64,000 nt of DNA from Camelus ferus (lineage: Eukaryota), in NCBI RefSeq assembly GCF_009834535.1, contig NC_045714.1, positions 2,604,001-2,668,000 on the forward strand, in the 5' to 3' direction. Shown here one piece after another: positions 1-13,395 of this stretch (position 1 is its first letter; every line of letters begins with the position of its first letter). The position numbers and the translations under genes were made by a program. The notes beneath the pieces are model-generated. The model did no database searches, was not told where the DNA came from, and worked only from the letters and a program-made list of their open reading frames with translations.

Positions 1-116
1 TTGCAAGTGTCATTTGGTCTCATTGGAAAACCATTTCCACCGAGTGACCCTGGACCTGCCAGTGGCATGGGGGCTTCCCACAGGGTCAGGCCTCTGACAG
101 CTGTTCTTTGTGGCAG

Positions 117-3100
117 AGGAAGGGACGGCCTCCTGGACACATCCTGTCAAATGACCGGGCAGCCGCAGGCATGGTGTGAGTACAGGCCAACAGAGCCAAA
201 GGGAGGAGCAGGGAGGGAGTGGGCCCAGAGGAAGAGGCCAGAGTTCTGTGTCTGGTGAAATCAGATCCATCTGGTTCGGTCCCCGTGGAGGAGAGTTACT
301 CTGGTTTGAGTGGCGGGGAGAGAAGGCAGTGAGGAGGAGGTTGTCTTGTCCTGGTTTTGCCCCAGAACAGTTCAGCCCAGCTTCATTAAACACCAGAGGT
401 TTATTTTTTGGTTTTTTATTAGTAGTGTGTATTGAATGCTTATAAATGTGCTGTAACTGGCTCAACACCTTAAGTATTTTACCTTTTAATCCTTACAGCG
501 ACTCTCTAATGAAGATATAATTAATTTTGCAGATAAAGAAACAGACTCAGAATTACTTCCCAAAGTCACACAGCTAATAAGGGGCAAAATATACTACATT
601 GCCTCCAGGATGGTCATTTTCAAAGATTTTTTAAGCAACAGAATCTTTTTTTCAAACAGATCTTTATGTGGAAGCCCAATATATAAAGCGGATAAAGCCA
701 CACTGGTCTGGTTAAGAGGGATGGAGATAGTTTGAAACCACTAGCCTAGGAGATGGACTTGTAGTAATCCTCATACCTTAGATTTGTCGCCTCCCTGAAG
801 CAAGTTCATTCCTAACTTAGATAAGATAAGGAGTTGCTGTTGTTACCGCCTTTTGACAGATGTGAAAACTGCAGCCCAGATTGGTTCCTGGACTTGCACA
901 CACAGCTAGGCGATGTCAGAGCAAGTCCTAATAGCTTCTAGTGCCGTGCTTTCTTCCCTTTGGACCTCCTCTAATGGGAACCAGGAGGCAGTACGCCCAG
1001 GGCCAGACTGAGGGAGTAGGAGGGACTCCCACCAGCAGCAGGCTTTCTTCCAGGCCTCGACCTGACCTTGGAAAATTCACCCTTCTTCTTTCCTTCCAAT
1101 CAGATGGAAGCCAAAATCCTGCGAACCAATTCGCCGGGAAGGCCCTAAGGTACGATCATGTGAGCATGGCGGTGACCGCTCTCCCAGGCTGTGGGCCCCA
1201 CCGTGAGGGAAAGGGGCCGGGGCTGGTGAAGGGTGTGTGCACACCAGTCCAGTCCCATTTTTCCCTTCCCACCCCACCTGCCAACGCTGGCCTTTCAGAA
1301 GGATCCCAAGTAGGGACTGGAATTAGGAGCAAAACAGAGAAGGCATGGTCTTTGCTGATGCATTCTCCCTGTAAAAGCTAGTTGTCATTAATATTTACTC
1401 AGTATTAATATGGCACAGGCACTGCCCAAAATCTTTCGTGTGGATTATCTCATTTAAACTTTATAACAACCCTATGAGATAGATTCTGTTTCCCTTCTAT
1501 GATTCAGGAGTGTTCTGCCCTACCTTACGGACACAGTTCCTGTCCCCCCTTTGTCCTACTGCTGTCCCAGCTCAGGCCCCCATCTTTCAAAACTGCTCTA
1601 TGACGATAGTCTCTGAACCACTCGCCCTGCCTGCAGTCTTGCACCTTCTCATCCAATAGCCTCATTGCGGAAGAGTGAGCTCTCTTTAACACACATCTGG
1701 CTCTCCCTGTTTAGAGGGAGAGTTGCCTACAGAATAAATAAAACCCATCCACGTAGTGTAGTAGGGCCCCAGCCCCTCTGTGCTTCCCTCTCCAGCCTCA
1801 TCAGTCGCCACTCCCTAATCTGCACCCTCTTTCAGCAACACAGACTCACTATGGCTTTTCCAACAAGCCAACCCAACTCTTAACCAGCCTTTGTTCACGC
1901 TGCCCCCTCTTCTCCCCTCTAGCCTGTCCAGCTGGTGCTCACCCTTTCAGAATCAACTTAGGAATTAGCCTTTCAAGGAATTCTTCCTGTTACCGCCTCT
2001 TTGACTCCCCTCACTCCTTGCACCCACCTCATGTCATTGCCCATGTCAGGATGGTAGATTATCTGTATGTACGTTTGAGGCCTCCTGGAGGACAGAGACT
2101 GTCTCTTACTCATTCCCTTACCCCAAGTATGTAGCACAGGGCCTTGTATATTGGAAGTACTCAGTTTCTTGAATGAACTGTTTGTTAAATAATGGACTAG
2201 GGTCGTTGTCGGAGAGGGCAGGGGAGGAGTGTTTCTATCCTGCCCACCAGATTAACCTCAACCTCGAGCCTCTCTATTTTTTGCATAGTGGGACCCAGCT
2301 CGGCTGAATGAATCGACCACCTTTGTGTTGGGATCTCGAGCCAACAAGTAAGTCTAAAGAGCTTTTGTGCTGTGGTGGGGGAAGCTCAGGGGTCCACCAC
2401 TAGGATGGCAGCTGCTGGAATGCTTACCCCTCATCTCTTACTTTTCAGGGCCCTGGGAATGGGGGGCACCAGAGGAAGAATCTACATCAAGCACCCACAC
2501 CTCTTTAAGGTAGGTGAGTGCCGTGCCGGGAGCTAGGCAAGCCATTGCAGTGGAGTCGGTGGCACTGGGAGCTGTAGGTGGCACAGAGAAGCTTGGAATA
2601 AACACTGATCCAGGAGTCAGGACATCTGGGGTCTAGCTGCCCCTGTGCCCTTAACCTTTGCCTTTTGTAATTTACTCAACACCTCTGTGCCTCCATGATG
2701 ACAGCTACCTTCCTTGTGTGTTTACTGTGTACCAGAGAGGGTTTCAGTGCTCCGCTAATGTTATCTCAGGGAACTGTCCTTTAAGATAGGTATTGTTATC
2801 CTTATTTTACAAATTTAAAACAAAATTAAACAAAACAAATGTTGAGAAAGGCTAAGTTACTTGCCCAAAATTACTCAGCTAATAAGTGGTGATTCAGGAT
2901 TCTAATCCAGGTCTGTGTTCAGCAAAGCCCGAGCTCTTAACCATGGCGTTATTCAGTTGTCTGTAAAGTAGCTTGGAGCAAGGCAGCAGTCCTAACCTTA
3001 TTCAGAGAAGACACCTCTCCTGAGCTGTGCTCTGGTCACCGCTATTTGAGAAAATAATGGAGGTGGGGGGAGCATAAATTCAAAGTTTTTGTATTTTATC

Positions 3101-5153
3101 AGTCCAAACATACTAGAAAAATAGTAATGTGCATGTGTTCACGACATGTTTTTTTGCCCCTGTACTCCAGATTTGGTGCCCCTTGCCAGAACTACACAGC
3201 TCCTTGGGGTCCCAGAATCATGAGCTTTGTCTGCTACATTCTGTGCAAGTTCAAGTTCTTTGAAGGGCAGACATACTTCCTCTTAATTTTTTGGTCTTAT
3301 ATTTTGGGATTCCCAACACCCAGTTTGGCCTGCTTGCTGCTACTTCAATTTTCTCTCTTAGTGTCTTCGTTCCTGTGGTTCCCTTTGATGACCTTCCTCC
3401 CTCACCCTTTTCTCTGCCCGATACCCTGTAAGATGCGTGCCTTCAAGACCCTTGCATCATCCCCCAAATGGATATGCTCTTCGGCCCACTTTCACTTCCT
3501 GTTGCATGACAGTTAAGAGTGTCCTTTCAGTCCTGGTACTAGCTGTGTGATAGTGGGCAAGTGGCTGCACATTTCTGAGCCTGTCTTGTCATCTGTAAAG
3601 GAAGAATGATGCAAACCAACCTTTAGGGTTAGCAGAATTAAGACAGGGCAGTAAAGCACCGCGCACAGCGCCTGGCATAGCAAGGGCTCAGCAAACGGCC
3701 ATCATTATTAGCAGCATAAACCCCAGGTCTTAGACCCATCGTTTGTAATGCACTCCCAGCCCACACTCTCATTAGCAGGGGACGCTACCTCTCATTTTAA
3801 TCTTTCCAGTCTACTAAGTGGGGGAAAATGTTTTTCATTGTTTTATTTTTAATTGTCTATTAGTGAAGATAAGCATCTTTTCATCCATTTAAAGTCAATA
3901 TTTGTATTTCTTCTGTAAATTGCCTATTATAACTTCTGCCCATTTTTCTATCCTTCTAAAGGCATTATTCAATTTTTTATTTTCCTTTTTAATTTTTTTA
4001 AGTTATAGAAATAATATACAAATCCATTCTTGTTATAAAAAGAGTCAGACAATACACAGAAGCTAATAGAGAGCAAAACACAAAGTTCCCTTTCACCCTT
4101 GACTCTGGCTCTCCGCTTTTAGAGATCACTTCCCCTCTCCCCCACAACATGGTAGCATCCTTCAGACCCCTCCCTATGTGTGCGTGTTTGTGTTTCTTGG
4201 TCCTTTAGTGATATTTTGTTCTTGTTATTGGGCTCATACGATATATGTATTTCTCTGATTTTCTGACTTTTTTTTCACCCCCAAGATTCATTCATTCATT
4301 GAATAAATATTTATCAAGTACCGAGCATTCTCAAAGTGCCAGAGATACAGCAATGGACGAAACAGACACACACAACTCCTTGCCCTCACAGAGCTTACAT
4401 TCTAATGGGCAAGCTATGGGCTGTGGGCCAGATCCAGCCTGTTGCCTGTTTTTGTCCAACTCAGGGTTTTTACATTTTTAAAGGGTGATTTTTTTTTTTT
4501 TTAATAAAGGATATGTGACAAAGATGTTATGGCCAGCAAAGCCTAAAATATTTACTAACTGGCCCTGACCACTGTAAATCTAGTGGATAATATCTTAGAG
4601 ATTTGTCCATGTTATTAAGTCTCCCTCATTTTACTTCTAACAGCTGTGTAGAATTCATAGAATAGATATTTTATCATTTATTACATTGTTCCCATGTTTA
4701 TGGACATTTTAAGGTTTTTCCAACAATTTTGCTTTTAGAAAGAATGCTACACCAAACATCCTTGTGTACACGTATGGGTGATTCTGAAGGATAAATCTCT
4801 GTAAATGGGATTCCTGAGTCAGAAAGTACATACTTTAAAATTTTTTTATTAATATCTATATTACATGGGAAGTGACATAATTAAACTCAAAAGGTAGTAA
4901 CTATATAGATTTCCCAGCTTAGTCTCCATTTCAAATGTTCTGCTTATTTTGTAAAACCTACCTTTACTGAGTCAGTTATGTGTCAGTTACTTTATTTACC
5001 ACCTTCTATGCACTGTCTTGTTTACTCTTGACAACAACCCTCTCAGTGTTAATACTCTCTGTTTTACAAATAAGGAAACTGTATCTCGAGGAAATTATTG
5101 CCCAGATTTACACCATTCAATAAGTAGCAAAAACCAGAATTTCTGAACCAAGT

Positions 5154-5185
<32 letters not shown>

Positions 5186-7781
5186 AACACACCACCCTCT
5201 AGAGGCCCACCAGGCTGGATTGGCTGCCCACGCATGCAGAGTATGCGGCCTGCCTACAACCCTTGCCTGCCATGCACGTTCCATGTAGGCTGAGCTCTGA
5301 ACCCCAAAACTAAGTTCTGCCTCCCCCAGAACATGAAGTATGATTTTTGTTTTAGAAAATACGGTCTCCATAGTAGTCACATGTGTTGTAAGTTACTTCA
5401 TTTCTGCAAACAGGAGTGGAGCTCTAAAATAATAGTCACCAGTGCTCACCAGTTTGCCAGAGATGCTGTGTTTTCAGAAGGGAAAGAGGCAGGAATTAGA
5501 AATATACTCATGTCTGGAAACTGGGTCCCGTGCTCTGGCTGCCTGGGCTCAGCTCCACTTGCTCTGCAGAGTCTGGTGAGCGCTCTGCATCCAGCAGGCT
5601 AGACAAGGTCCTATTGGCAGGAACTGCTCAAGGGCTGAGAGTATATTCTGGGATCAAGTGCGAGAAGCCCATCACACTAGGCTAATGTCTCCCCCATGAC
5701 TTCCTCACAGTATGCAGCTGACCCCCAGGACAAGCACTGGCTGGCCGAGCAGCATCACATGCGGGCAACAGGGGGGAAGATGGTAAGCATTGTTCTTACA
5801 TGCCACTGCCACAGAGCCACCCAGCCCAGGGACCAGGGTTTGGGCTACTGGTGACAGCTTACCTCCAAATATGAGAGACTCTCCAGGCCCAACGAATATG
5901 GAAAGAGAGCGTTGTAACGGTAGAGAGGACCCATCCCTTCGTGCTGAAGACCAGACTGTAATCCCCGCTTCCCTTCCCTGCCCCTCGGTCTCCCGCACAC
6001 TGCCCCTCACCCTCCCACTTCACCCCCTCATAGTCATACTATATTATCTGTATACAAGGATAGCAGGTACAAGACACAGCACTACTTTTCCCTCACTTTG
6101 CTGCTCACTGACAGATTCCACTCATGGATCACAGCACTCTTCCCCAGACGCAGCTGTGGAACCCTTGTCAGCACAGCACTTTAGGCAGCACCCCTTTTCG
6201 GAAGGAGTTAGCACATGTGATGGAACTTGTTTTCCACACTTGGCAGCTCCTTCCAGAATCACCTACCTCTACTTAAAGAGTTCTCAGCCCATATCAAGCA
6301 ACAACCTTAGGAAAATCATGGTTGCCTGTGTTCCAGGACTATCATGGAGGGCTTTGTCCATCACATGCAGTGTCCCCCACCTGAAGACTCACTCAGTCTC
6401 TCCACTGGGACTGCTCCTATTAGAATTCATGGCCTCGCAAACCAGAGTGCCAGCTCCTTTCTGGCAATGAAAGCCATCTTTTCTTGTTGTTGTTGGGGGG
6501 AGGTAATTAGGTTTGCTTATTTATTTATTTATTTTTCAATGGCAAGTCCAGGACCTCGTGCATGCTAGGCGTGCACTCTACCACTGAGCTACCCCTCCCT
6601 GCTTTTATTGTATTTTCTACTCTATGCTATACTCTTTCAAAAAAGATTTCAGGGAGCTTACCATTGACACATAACATAAATAAGAAACAGGGAAAAAAGG
6701 AAAAGCAGGATCTAAAATTAAGCCACAAGCAAGACTTGTTGTAAAACGAGTTTTATTTTAAATTCCCGACCTGGGAGACCTATGCACTTCTATAGGTTTT
6801 CACAAATTCAGCTCCAGGGCCTACTCAGGAATACCTAATCAGCTACATAGTTCACAGTGCCCCTAAGATGAAGAGTCAGATGACTCGAGGGACACACAGT
6901 GATTCCTGACCCTAACACTGGAAAGAAGTCTCTCCCACAGAAGACTCTCTTGTGATGAACCACACTCCCCCTATGGTAAGGTCACAAGAGGGTTCTCCCG
7001 CTGCAAACCATGGTATCGTGCCAGAGCAGTTCTGTGGGTCCCAGGACAACACAGCCCAGTTACTAGACAGCAGTGCAATTTATCATGTTTTCCCTTTTGC
7101 CACAAAGTTCAAAACCAAAGTAGTTCGAGAGTTCACATATGGTTTCCTCCTGATTTCCTGTTTCCATGTATATTTTGCTTGTTCTCTGGCCCTTTCATTT
7201 TAAGCCACCTCAGGGTCTTTTTTCAACAGAGGCAGTGGCTATAAATAAATTAGTCACCACTCCCCATTCTCCCACCCATAAAATTTCTACTTGAGTGGAA
7301 GATTGTCTCAGGGAACTATTCCCCAGTCTCCCCCTACTTACTCTCCCTTGCTAAATTATAAACTATGACTACACCCCCTCGCTTCCAGCCCTTACATTAA
7401 GCAAATGTTTGATAAAGTGTTGAATTGGACTGAAATGAATCAAGCAATGATGACTCTCCTTTGCTCCTGCCCAGGCTTACCTTCTCATTGAGGAGGACAT
7501 CCGGGACCTCGCTGCCAGTGATGACTATAGGTAAAACCAGTGATCTGTCCGTTACCCTCCCCCTGCCCCACAGTAGCCCCTGGGATGAACCTGGACCTGT
7601 ATCCTCCCTTGCTCCAACTCTCCTCCTCACTGTCTGTTCCAGAGGATGCCTGGACTTGAAGTTAGATGAACTGAAATCCTTTGTCCTACCCTCCTGGATG
7701 GTTGAGAAGATGCGAAAGTACATGGAGACACTACGGACAGAAAATGAGCATCGCACTGTTGAAGCACCTCCGCAGACCTGA
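117..7781 (+). CDS. DNTTIP1: Deoxynucleotidyltransferase terminal-interacting protein 1 (MiDAC/HDAC1 complex subunit), 5'-partial; coding exons 117-175, 1104-1149, 2289-2347, 2449-2509, 5711-5782, 7475-7530, 7643-7781
   Basis: Exons have AG/GT ends and compatible phases. They splice to RKGRPPGHILSNDRAAAGMV-WKPKSCEPIRREGPK-WDPARLNESTTFVLGSRANK-ALGMGGTRGRIYIKHPHLFK-YAADPQDKHWLAEQHHMRATGGKM-AYLLIEEDIRDLAASDDYR-GCLDLKLDELKSFVLPSWMVEKMRKYMETLRTENEHRTVEAPPQT*, the recognisable DNTTIP1 C-terminus. The position upstream of UBE2C is syntenic. Confidence 0.96.
2720..2945 (-). mobile_element. MIR SINE (representative; many other MIR/L2 fragments occur in introns)
   Basis: Reverse MIR core: ATCCTTATTTTACAAAT..GGCTAAGTTACTTGCCCAA..CAGCTAATAAGTGG..GATTCTAATCCAGGTCTG..CTCTTAACCA. 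Confidence 0.7.
4405..4567. mobile_element. MER58-like hAT-Charlie remnant
   Basis: GGCAAGCTATGGGCTGTGGGCCAGATCCAGCCTGTTGCCTGTTTTTGT..GCAAAGCCTAAAATATTTACTAACTGGCCC. Confidence 0.55.
6495..6599 (-). mobile_element. tRNA-derived SINE, camelid (Vic-1-like) type, with internal deletion
   Basis: Reverse complement of GGGAGGGGTAGCTCAGTGGTAGAGTGCACGCCTAGCATGCACGAGGTCCTGG plus tail AAATAAATAA..AAACCTAATTACCTCCCC; the B-box segment is missing. Confidence 0.75.
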
Positions 7782-7977
7782 ACCCACATCCCCAGCTACT
7801 CTTGGCAGCCCTCCTCCAAGTCCCTCTTACCCACATGGCTGAGGTCAATGCTGGGACTGCTCCATTGGATTTCAGCGGCATTAAGCTATGCCTGGGCTAG
7901 TTTGTAGTGACTCACTGCAGAGCACCCCCAGACTGGCATGTGGTTCTATATTTGTAAAGTTATTGGGATAAGAAGCA

Positions 7978-7997
7978 ATTAAACAGTTTGTAATAAA
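7978..7997 (+). terminator. Polyadenylation signals of DNTTIP1
   Basis: ATTAAA 7978-7983 and AATAAA 7992-7997, about 200 nt after the stop codon. Confidence 0.7.
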
Positions 7998-8657
7998 CAC
8001 AGATGGTGAGCCTGCTGTGCGGTCTGCCTGTGGGGGCTGACAGAACATCAAGGGCTCTGGAGGAAGTGGGTGTAGGCAAAAATGACGAGGCACCCCTCCC
8101 CCATCCCTGCTTAGCCCCAGGAAGCCCAGTGCCTCATGCATGTCTGTTTTGTGAGGAAGCTGGGAACACCCTGTACCTTGCCAGCCTTCCCAGTCCCTCT
8201 GTTTTTTATTTCCTCACCCAACTAAGGTATGGAAGTAGCAGAATGTGATGGCTGGCACCATGGGAGGTTGATGACAAACCAGAAGAAAAATGTAGAGTGA
8301 CTTTTATCACCCCTATTTTGTAGGTTAAAACATTAAATATGTGCCCAAGGTAACACAGCAAACCGTTGGAGATGCAGCCTTTCAACCTGTTTTCCAATAG
8401 GGAGTCTCCTGCTCTGGCCATCAGCCCCTAGTTTTTCCCCTTGCCTGAATTTTCAGACACTAACCAGAGTGTCCAGGACATTAATAATACGTTGGGGAGT
8501 TCGGGTTCTGGCTTGAGGGAAGAGTGCCAGGGCCACGAGATTGGAACCCTTCCCTTCCCTTGGGAGTAGGCATCCTAGCCGGAAGTTCAACCTAAAGGGA
8601 TTCATCCCACGTGGACTTTTCCTGGACCCTTTAATGGTCGGCGTTTTCCAAAGGCCA

Positions 8658-8870
8658 CCAATCCGTTACAAGTCCGTTAATTAATGACAGCGTCTCTTGC
8701 CAATCATTCTTCAGAAGCAGGATCCCGCCGCCCAATAGCGATGCACTGGTGGGTGGGTCTAGCAGATGCGTGGTGACAGAGCGCTCTGGCTCGTCCTATT
8801 GGCTGGATCAAACCCAAGCGAGACGCTGACTGGCCAGGCTGCAGGAGGGTTACAATTCAAACGCGGGCGG
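8658..8870 (+). promoter_or_regulatory. UBE2C G2/M-type promoter: four CCAAT boxes plus a CHR element
   Basis: CCAAT 8658, 8700, 8732; ATTGG 8798; TTCAAA (reverse CHR TTTGAA) 8856-8861 followed by CGCGGGCGG. CpG-rich with no TATA box seen. Confidence 0.7.
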
Positions 8871-8945
8871 GCGTTCCCGCAGCCCCGCAGTTGCAGCCGT
8901 GGTCTCAGTCTTTGAGTTTCCCGTCTCTCTCCCAGCGCCGTCCGG

Positions 8946-11900
8946 ATGGCTTCCCAGAACCGTGACCCAGCCGCTGCCAGTGTCGCCGCCGCTCGTAAAG
9001 GAGCCGAGCCCAGTGGGGGCGCCGCCCGGGGCCCCGTGGGCAAGAGGTGAGTAGTGTGAAGGTAAAACTCTCCGAGCTTGGCACGCCCTGGGCATTGAGG
9101 GAGAGAGTGAAGACTTCTGGGACCCCCACCTCCTCCTGGAGCGGGTAAGATATGGGAGGTGGAGGGACACACTAGGAGCTCGTCTGCTCTTAGAGGACCC
9201 CCCCCCCGAAGAAGGTTGGTAGGGACGCTGCCAGGATCCTCTGAGGGTAAGCCAAGATGAGGATGCGCCGGGAACCCTCAGTGGTTTGGCTGGAAGGCGG
9301 TGGCGGGGGAGAGGAGATAAGCTGAGATCCGGCACAGAACGCCAGAAAAGAGAGGGTTAAGAACAAGCCAGAGCTGTCCTGCGGGACGGGAACCTGGAAT
9401 TAAGGGAGAGTGAGGACTCACTAGGACTCTCCTGTGGAAATGGGGGTGACCGTGCCCCCAGCTAAGTCCGACCTTAGGGTGAAGAGAAAGCCTCATGACA
9501 GCTGCTCCAGAGAGATTGGGGTGGGAGGAGATGTACCACCAGGAGCCCTGGCCCATCTAGGCTCCCAGGTGACCCCGAATGCTCTTTTTGCAGGCTACAG
9601 CAGGAGCTGATGACCCTCATGGTGAGTGACTAAATCCCAGATCCCCAACCAACTGGTCCGCCCTCCTACCTCCTGGTCACGTATCAGTAGCCTCCTTTCC
9701 TCTATCAGGGTCTTTGATAGACATGGAGGTAAAAAGATGAGTCCAGTTTGCTCTCCGCTAGGAAGAAGTTAATACACCCCACCTACACACCTTTTCTCCT
9801 AGCAGTCTCTACTCCAGGTGCCATCCCCCAACAATGAAGCTACCCATAAAATACAGCTCCCAGAAGCCATTCAAGGCCTTCCTGTCCTGCCTGACCCTAC
9901 TTCCCTGCCCTGAGATTTATCCACACCCAACTCTCCACTCTTCTTAATATTTCTAATACTGTTCCCTTTTTACGTAAATTTTTCCCTTTATACCTTAACC
10001 CTGGATTTCAACTCACATCCTTCAATGCGCATATTGTTTATCTTCCCGGTCTGTGAATAGTCTCTGGGTTTTGTATATAACCAGCACTCAATAGTATGTT
10101 AGGGGATAGGGGGAGAGATAAATTGGGAGTTTGAGATTTGCAGATACTAACTACTATATATAAAATAGATAAACACCAAGGTACTACTGTATATAGCACA
10201 GGGAACTGTATTCAGTATCTTGTAGTAACCTATAATGAAAAAGCTGTATGTGTATAACTGAGTCACTATGCTGTACACCAGAGACTAACACATTTGTAAA
10301 TTGACTATACTTCAATTTTTTTAAAAACCATGTTGAATTAAAAAAAAAATGTCCTGTTGAATTCCCAGCAACCAGCAAACTGTGGGTACAGAGCTGCCCT
10401 CTGCGTCCCTGCACAGTCCTCCCTCCTTAGCCTGGTGATGGATCTCTTAATCCCAATATTCCCCAGAGGGGCATATTCAGCCCCTAGAATCTAGCCACTC
10501 CCTCAGAAAAGCCTATCAACTCGGTCTGGTGGCTTTATTTTGGATCAAAATGTGACGAGGTTAAAAGGAGGTGTTTAACCCACTGACCCCCAAGAACACA
10601 GCCCAGCAGTGTTGTGTTTCCTCCCCAGATGTCTGGTGACAAAGGGATTTCTGCCTTCCCCGAGTCAGACAACCTTTTCAAGTGGGTGGGGACCATCCAT
10701 GGAGCAGCTGGCACGGTAAGTGTGGGTGGGATGGGAAGTGTGATTTGGCTGAGTCTAGGAAGAGTTGGGAGGTGACACCCAAGTGCTGGGTCTGCTTCCA
10801 CGTCTTTGCCCCATGTCTGTGCCCTGAGCCTGTAGCCCTGATCTCCCTCTGCAGAGTGAGAGGGTGGGTTTAAGGCAGGGCTCTCCATCTTAGATGGCTA
10901 CAGGGGGTCAGATAGCAAGGAAGAGAATGAAGGATAGTCAAGGACTTAGTTAGGCCTGTGGGCCTTAGACCAAAGGATCACTGATGTCCCCTCCAGAAAG
11001 GAGAGAAAGCACCAGACCAGTTTAATGCTCTGTCTTCTGTCAAGTCCCAGACAAACTCAGGAGTCCCGGCAAGCCCCTTATGTGAGGCTTGGACTGAGAA
11101 CTCAGGCTGAAGTTGGGAGGCTTACTCCCGANNNNNNNNNNNNNNNNNNNNNNNNNNNNNNNNNNNNNNNNNNNNNNNNNNNNNNNNNNNNNNNNNNNNN
11201 NNNNNNNNNNNNNNNNNNNNNNNNNNNNNNNNNNNNNNNNNNNNNNNNNNNNNNNNNNNNNNNNNNNNNNNNNNNNNNNCTGAAGGACAAGTGGTCCGCC
11301 TTGTACGACGTCAGGACCATCCTGCTCTCCATCCAGAGCCTGCTTGGAGGTGACTGCTGAGACCAGCCCCTTCCCCTGCAACCTGGGGACCTGTCAGGGC
11401 TCCCTCAGGCCAGCTTCCTCTACCCTCACCTGACCATTCTCTTTCTCTCCACCCGCAGAACCCAACATCGATAGCCCTTTGAACACACATGCAGCCGAGC
11501 TCTGGAAAAACCCCACAGGTGGGTCCTTTACCCTCAGGGCACCAGGCCATCCCTCCCCAATCTTCAGAGGCTCCCTCAAACAACAAAAGGATTCCAGTGA
11601 CTTGGGAATCTGTCCTGCTGACAGCAGGGTTGGGGGAGTTCACCCAAGTAACCCAGTTCCACCTCTTCCTTGGTGTTTCTGGTTTGCCTGTTTGCTATAA
11701 AATCAGAAAATTAACTCTTTCCGCATGAATGTCAGTTGGAGGCCTTTTTAAGTAGAAGGCAAAGCTTTGTGCAAATGACTTGCTCACTTGCTTGCTAGTA
11801 AGGAAGCAGAGCCCATCCTGGCAGAGGGAGAATCCCTTGTGCTGAGAAACCCCTCCCCCACCCCCCAAACTCTTCCCACTGTTTGTATCCTTGCGGCCCT

Positions 11901-12014
11901 CTTGTCAATCTTAACCCCTGTCCCCTCGCTCACCAGCCTGCCTGTTCTCTTCCAGCCTTTAAGAAGTACCTGCAAGAAACCTACTCAAAGCAGGTCTCCA
12001 GCCAAGAGCCCTGA
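8946..12014 (+). CDS. UBE2C: Ubiquitin-conjugating enzyme E2 C (UbcH10), 179 aa; exons 8946-9046, 9594-9621, 10629-10715, ~11145-11349 (5' part in N-run), 11459-11518, 11956-12014
   Basis: [72 protein letters not shown]...[62 protein letters not shown]. Visible splice sites are canonical. With a 205-nt exon 4 the total is 540 nt. The catalytic Cys region is masked by Ns. Confidence 0.96.
10100..10330 (+). mobile_element. L1 3' UTR fragment (L1MA/artiodactyl type) in UBE2C intron 2
   Basis: Characteristic TACTGTATATAGCACAGGGAACT..ATTCAGTATCTTGTAGTAACCTATAATG..AACTGAGTCACTATGCTGTACACC..GTAAATTGACTATACTTCAAT terminus. Confidence 0.8.
11132..11279. other. N-run, 148 nt, hides the acceptor and 5' two-thirds of UBE2C exon 4
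   Basis: Run of N. Confidence 0.99.
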
Positions 12015-12181
12015 CCCAGGCTGTCCAGCTCTCTCCTTGTGTCGTCGTCTCATTTTTTCCCTTAGATGGACTGTCCTTTCCTTGATTTCTGTATAAGACT
12101 CTGTATCTTACCTGTGGTGTCATTTTTGTTTTGTTTCTGTTTTTTAAATTAAGTGTCTGGTTAAGCCCTTGTGATGAATAT

Positions 12182-12191
12182 ATTAAATAAA
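12182..12191 (+). terminator. Polyadenylation signal of UBE2C
   Basis: Overlapping ATTAAA/AATAAA followed by a U/GU-rich tract. Confidence 0.75.
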
Positions 12192-13257
12192 TACATTTTG
12201 GGTTTTTTTTTAACAAGTTGCTGTCTTGTAGCGCTGGAAGTGTTCAGGATCGGCAGAGGTCAGGTTGACAGGTTTAGGATCTGGGTTCTTGCCCTGCTCC
12301 TCTCTCCAGGGAATAGAAGCAGCTGATAGGCTATAGGGCTGAGCAGTGGGGTGACAGAATTTCTTCCCTTGTGACCTTAGTCATTTTATGACTCTGCATT
12401 TGTCTCCTAGTCTATAAAATAGGTGTCACAAAATGCCAATTTATATGGAGTAGTGCACCAGGAAAGTTAGCGAATAATAGTTGCTGTCCCAGCTGTGTTA
12501 CAGGCTGAACCAGACCTTAGGCTGAAACAGCCAGAGCTGTAGAAAGTGTGTGCGTGTATGGGCACGCATGCATGTGTTGGAAGGAATTGGGCGGGCTGGG
12601 GGGGACCAGTGGAAAGAGGACATTCGGGTGACCCTACAGCAGGGCCAGGGTCTGGGGAGACAGCCAGGGAAAGCCATCAGGATTGAGTTCTCAACTCCCC
12701 TCTGGCCCCAGGTTCCCCTTAGATGGCTCCACACTCCAAGGGGGAACAGCCTCCTGCTCCATCTCCACCAGCAGTTCTGCTGCTGCACCCACTGGCCCAG
12801 GCCCCCAGCCCCTTGGGCTCTTTCCGCTGGCCTGCTACAGCCCTTTAGGCCCTGAGGGGAAACCCCTGTGCCGACCAGCCGAGTCCAGGCGGGCTGAGGT
12901 GAGGGGTCTGGCCCAGGTCCTGCAGGAAGCTCCTGAGGTAACAAACATATCTCCAACAAGGCCTGGGTCTTGACCTTCTCACCCAGCCTGGTCAGCTCTG
13001 TCTGCAGCTGGTTGTGCGACTTGGGGGTGGGGGTGCAGAGATGGCAGGGAGGCCATCAGGAAGGTTCTCACCCACCCCTTCCTCTTACTCCAGCCAGTCT
13101 AGACCTTTCCTGCCCTGTGTGTCCCCCACCCCTGCCACCAACCAGCAGCCACATGTGGAAAGAATTGGAGTTGTGAGGTCTGGGATCGGAAACGATGACC
13201 TCTAGTCAGTTTCGTCATCTCAGCGCGTGCTGTTGGCTCTCTCCTTGGGGCTTACAC

Positions 13258-13395
13258 CAGTGTTGCTCAATCTGTGCATGTAAATCTGCCTGGGATCTTA
13301 TAAATAAACAAATTTTGATTCTGTTGGTCTGGGTGGGGCCTGAGGTCCTGCATTTCTCATCAGCTTCCTGTTGATCTTTACTGCTGCACTCTAGT
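13258..13395. mobile_element. MER5A-like remnant
   Basis: CAGTGTTGCTCAA..TTTTGATTCTGTTGGTCTGGGTGGGGCCTGAG..CTGCATTTCT. Confidence 0.5.

Noticed and set aside
5790-6470. 226-aa + strand ORF
   Set aside because: Starts inside a DNTTIP1 intron just after a donor, has no recognisable domain, and has low-complexity Ser/Pro/Thr composition typical of chance intronic ORFs.
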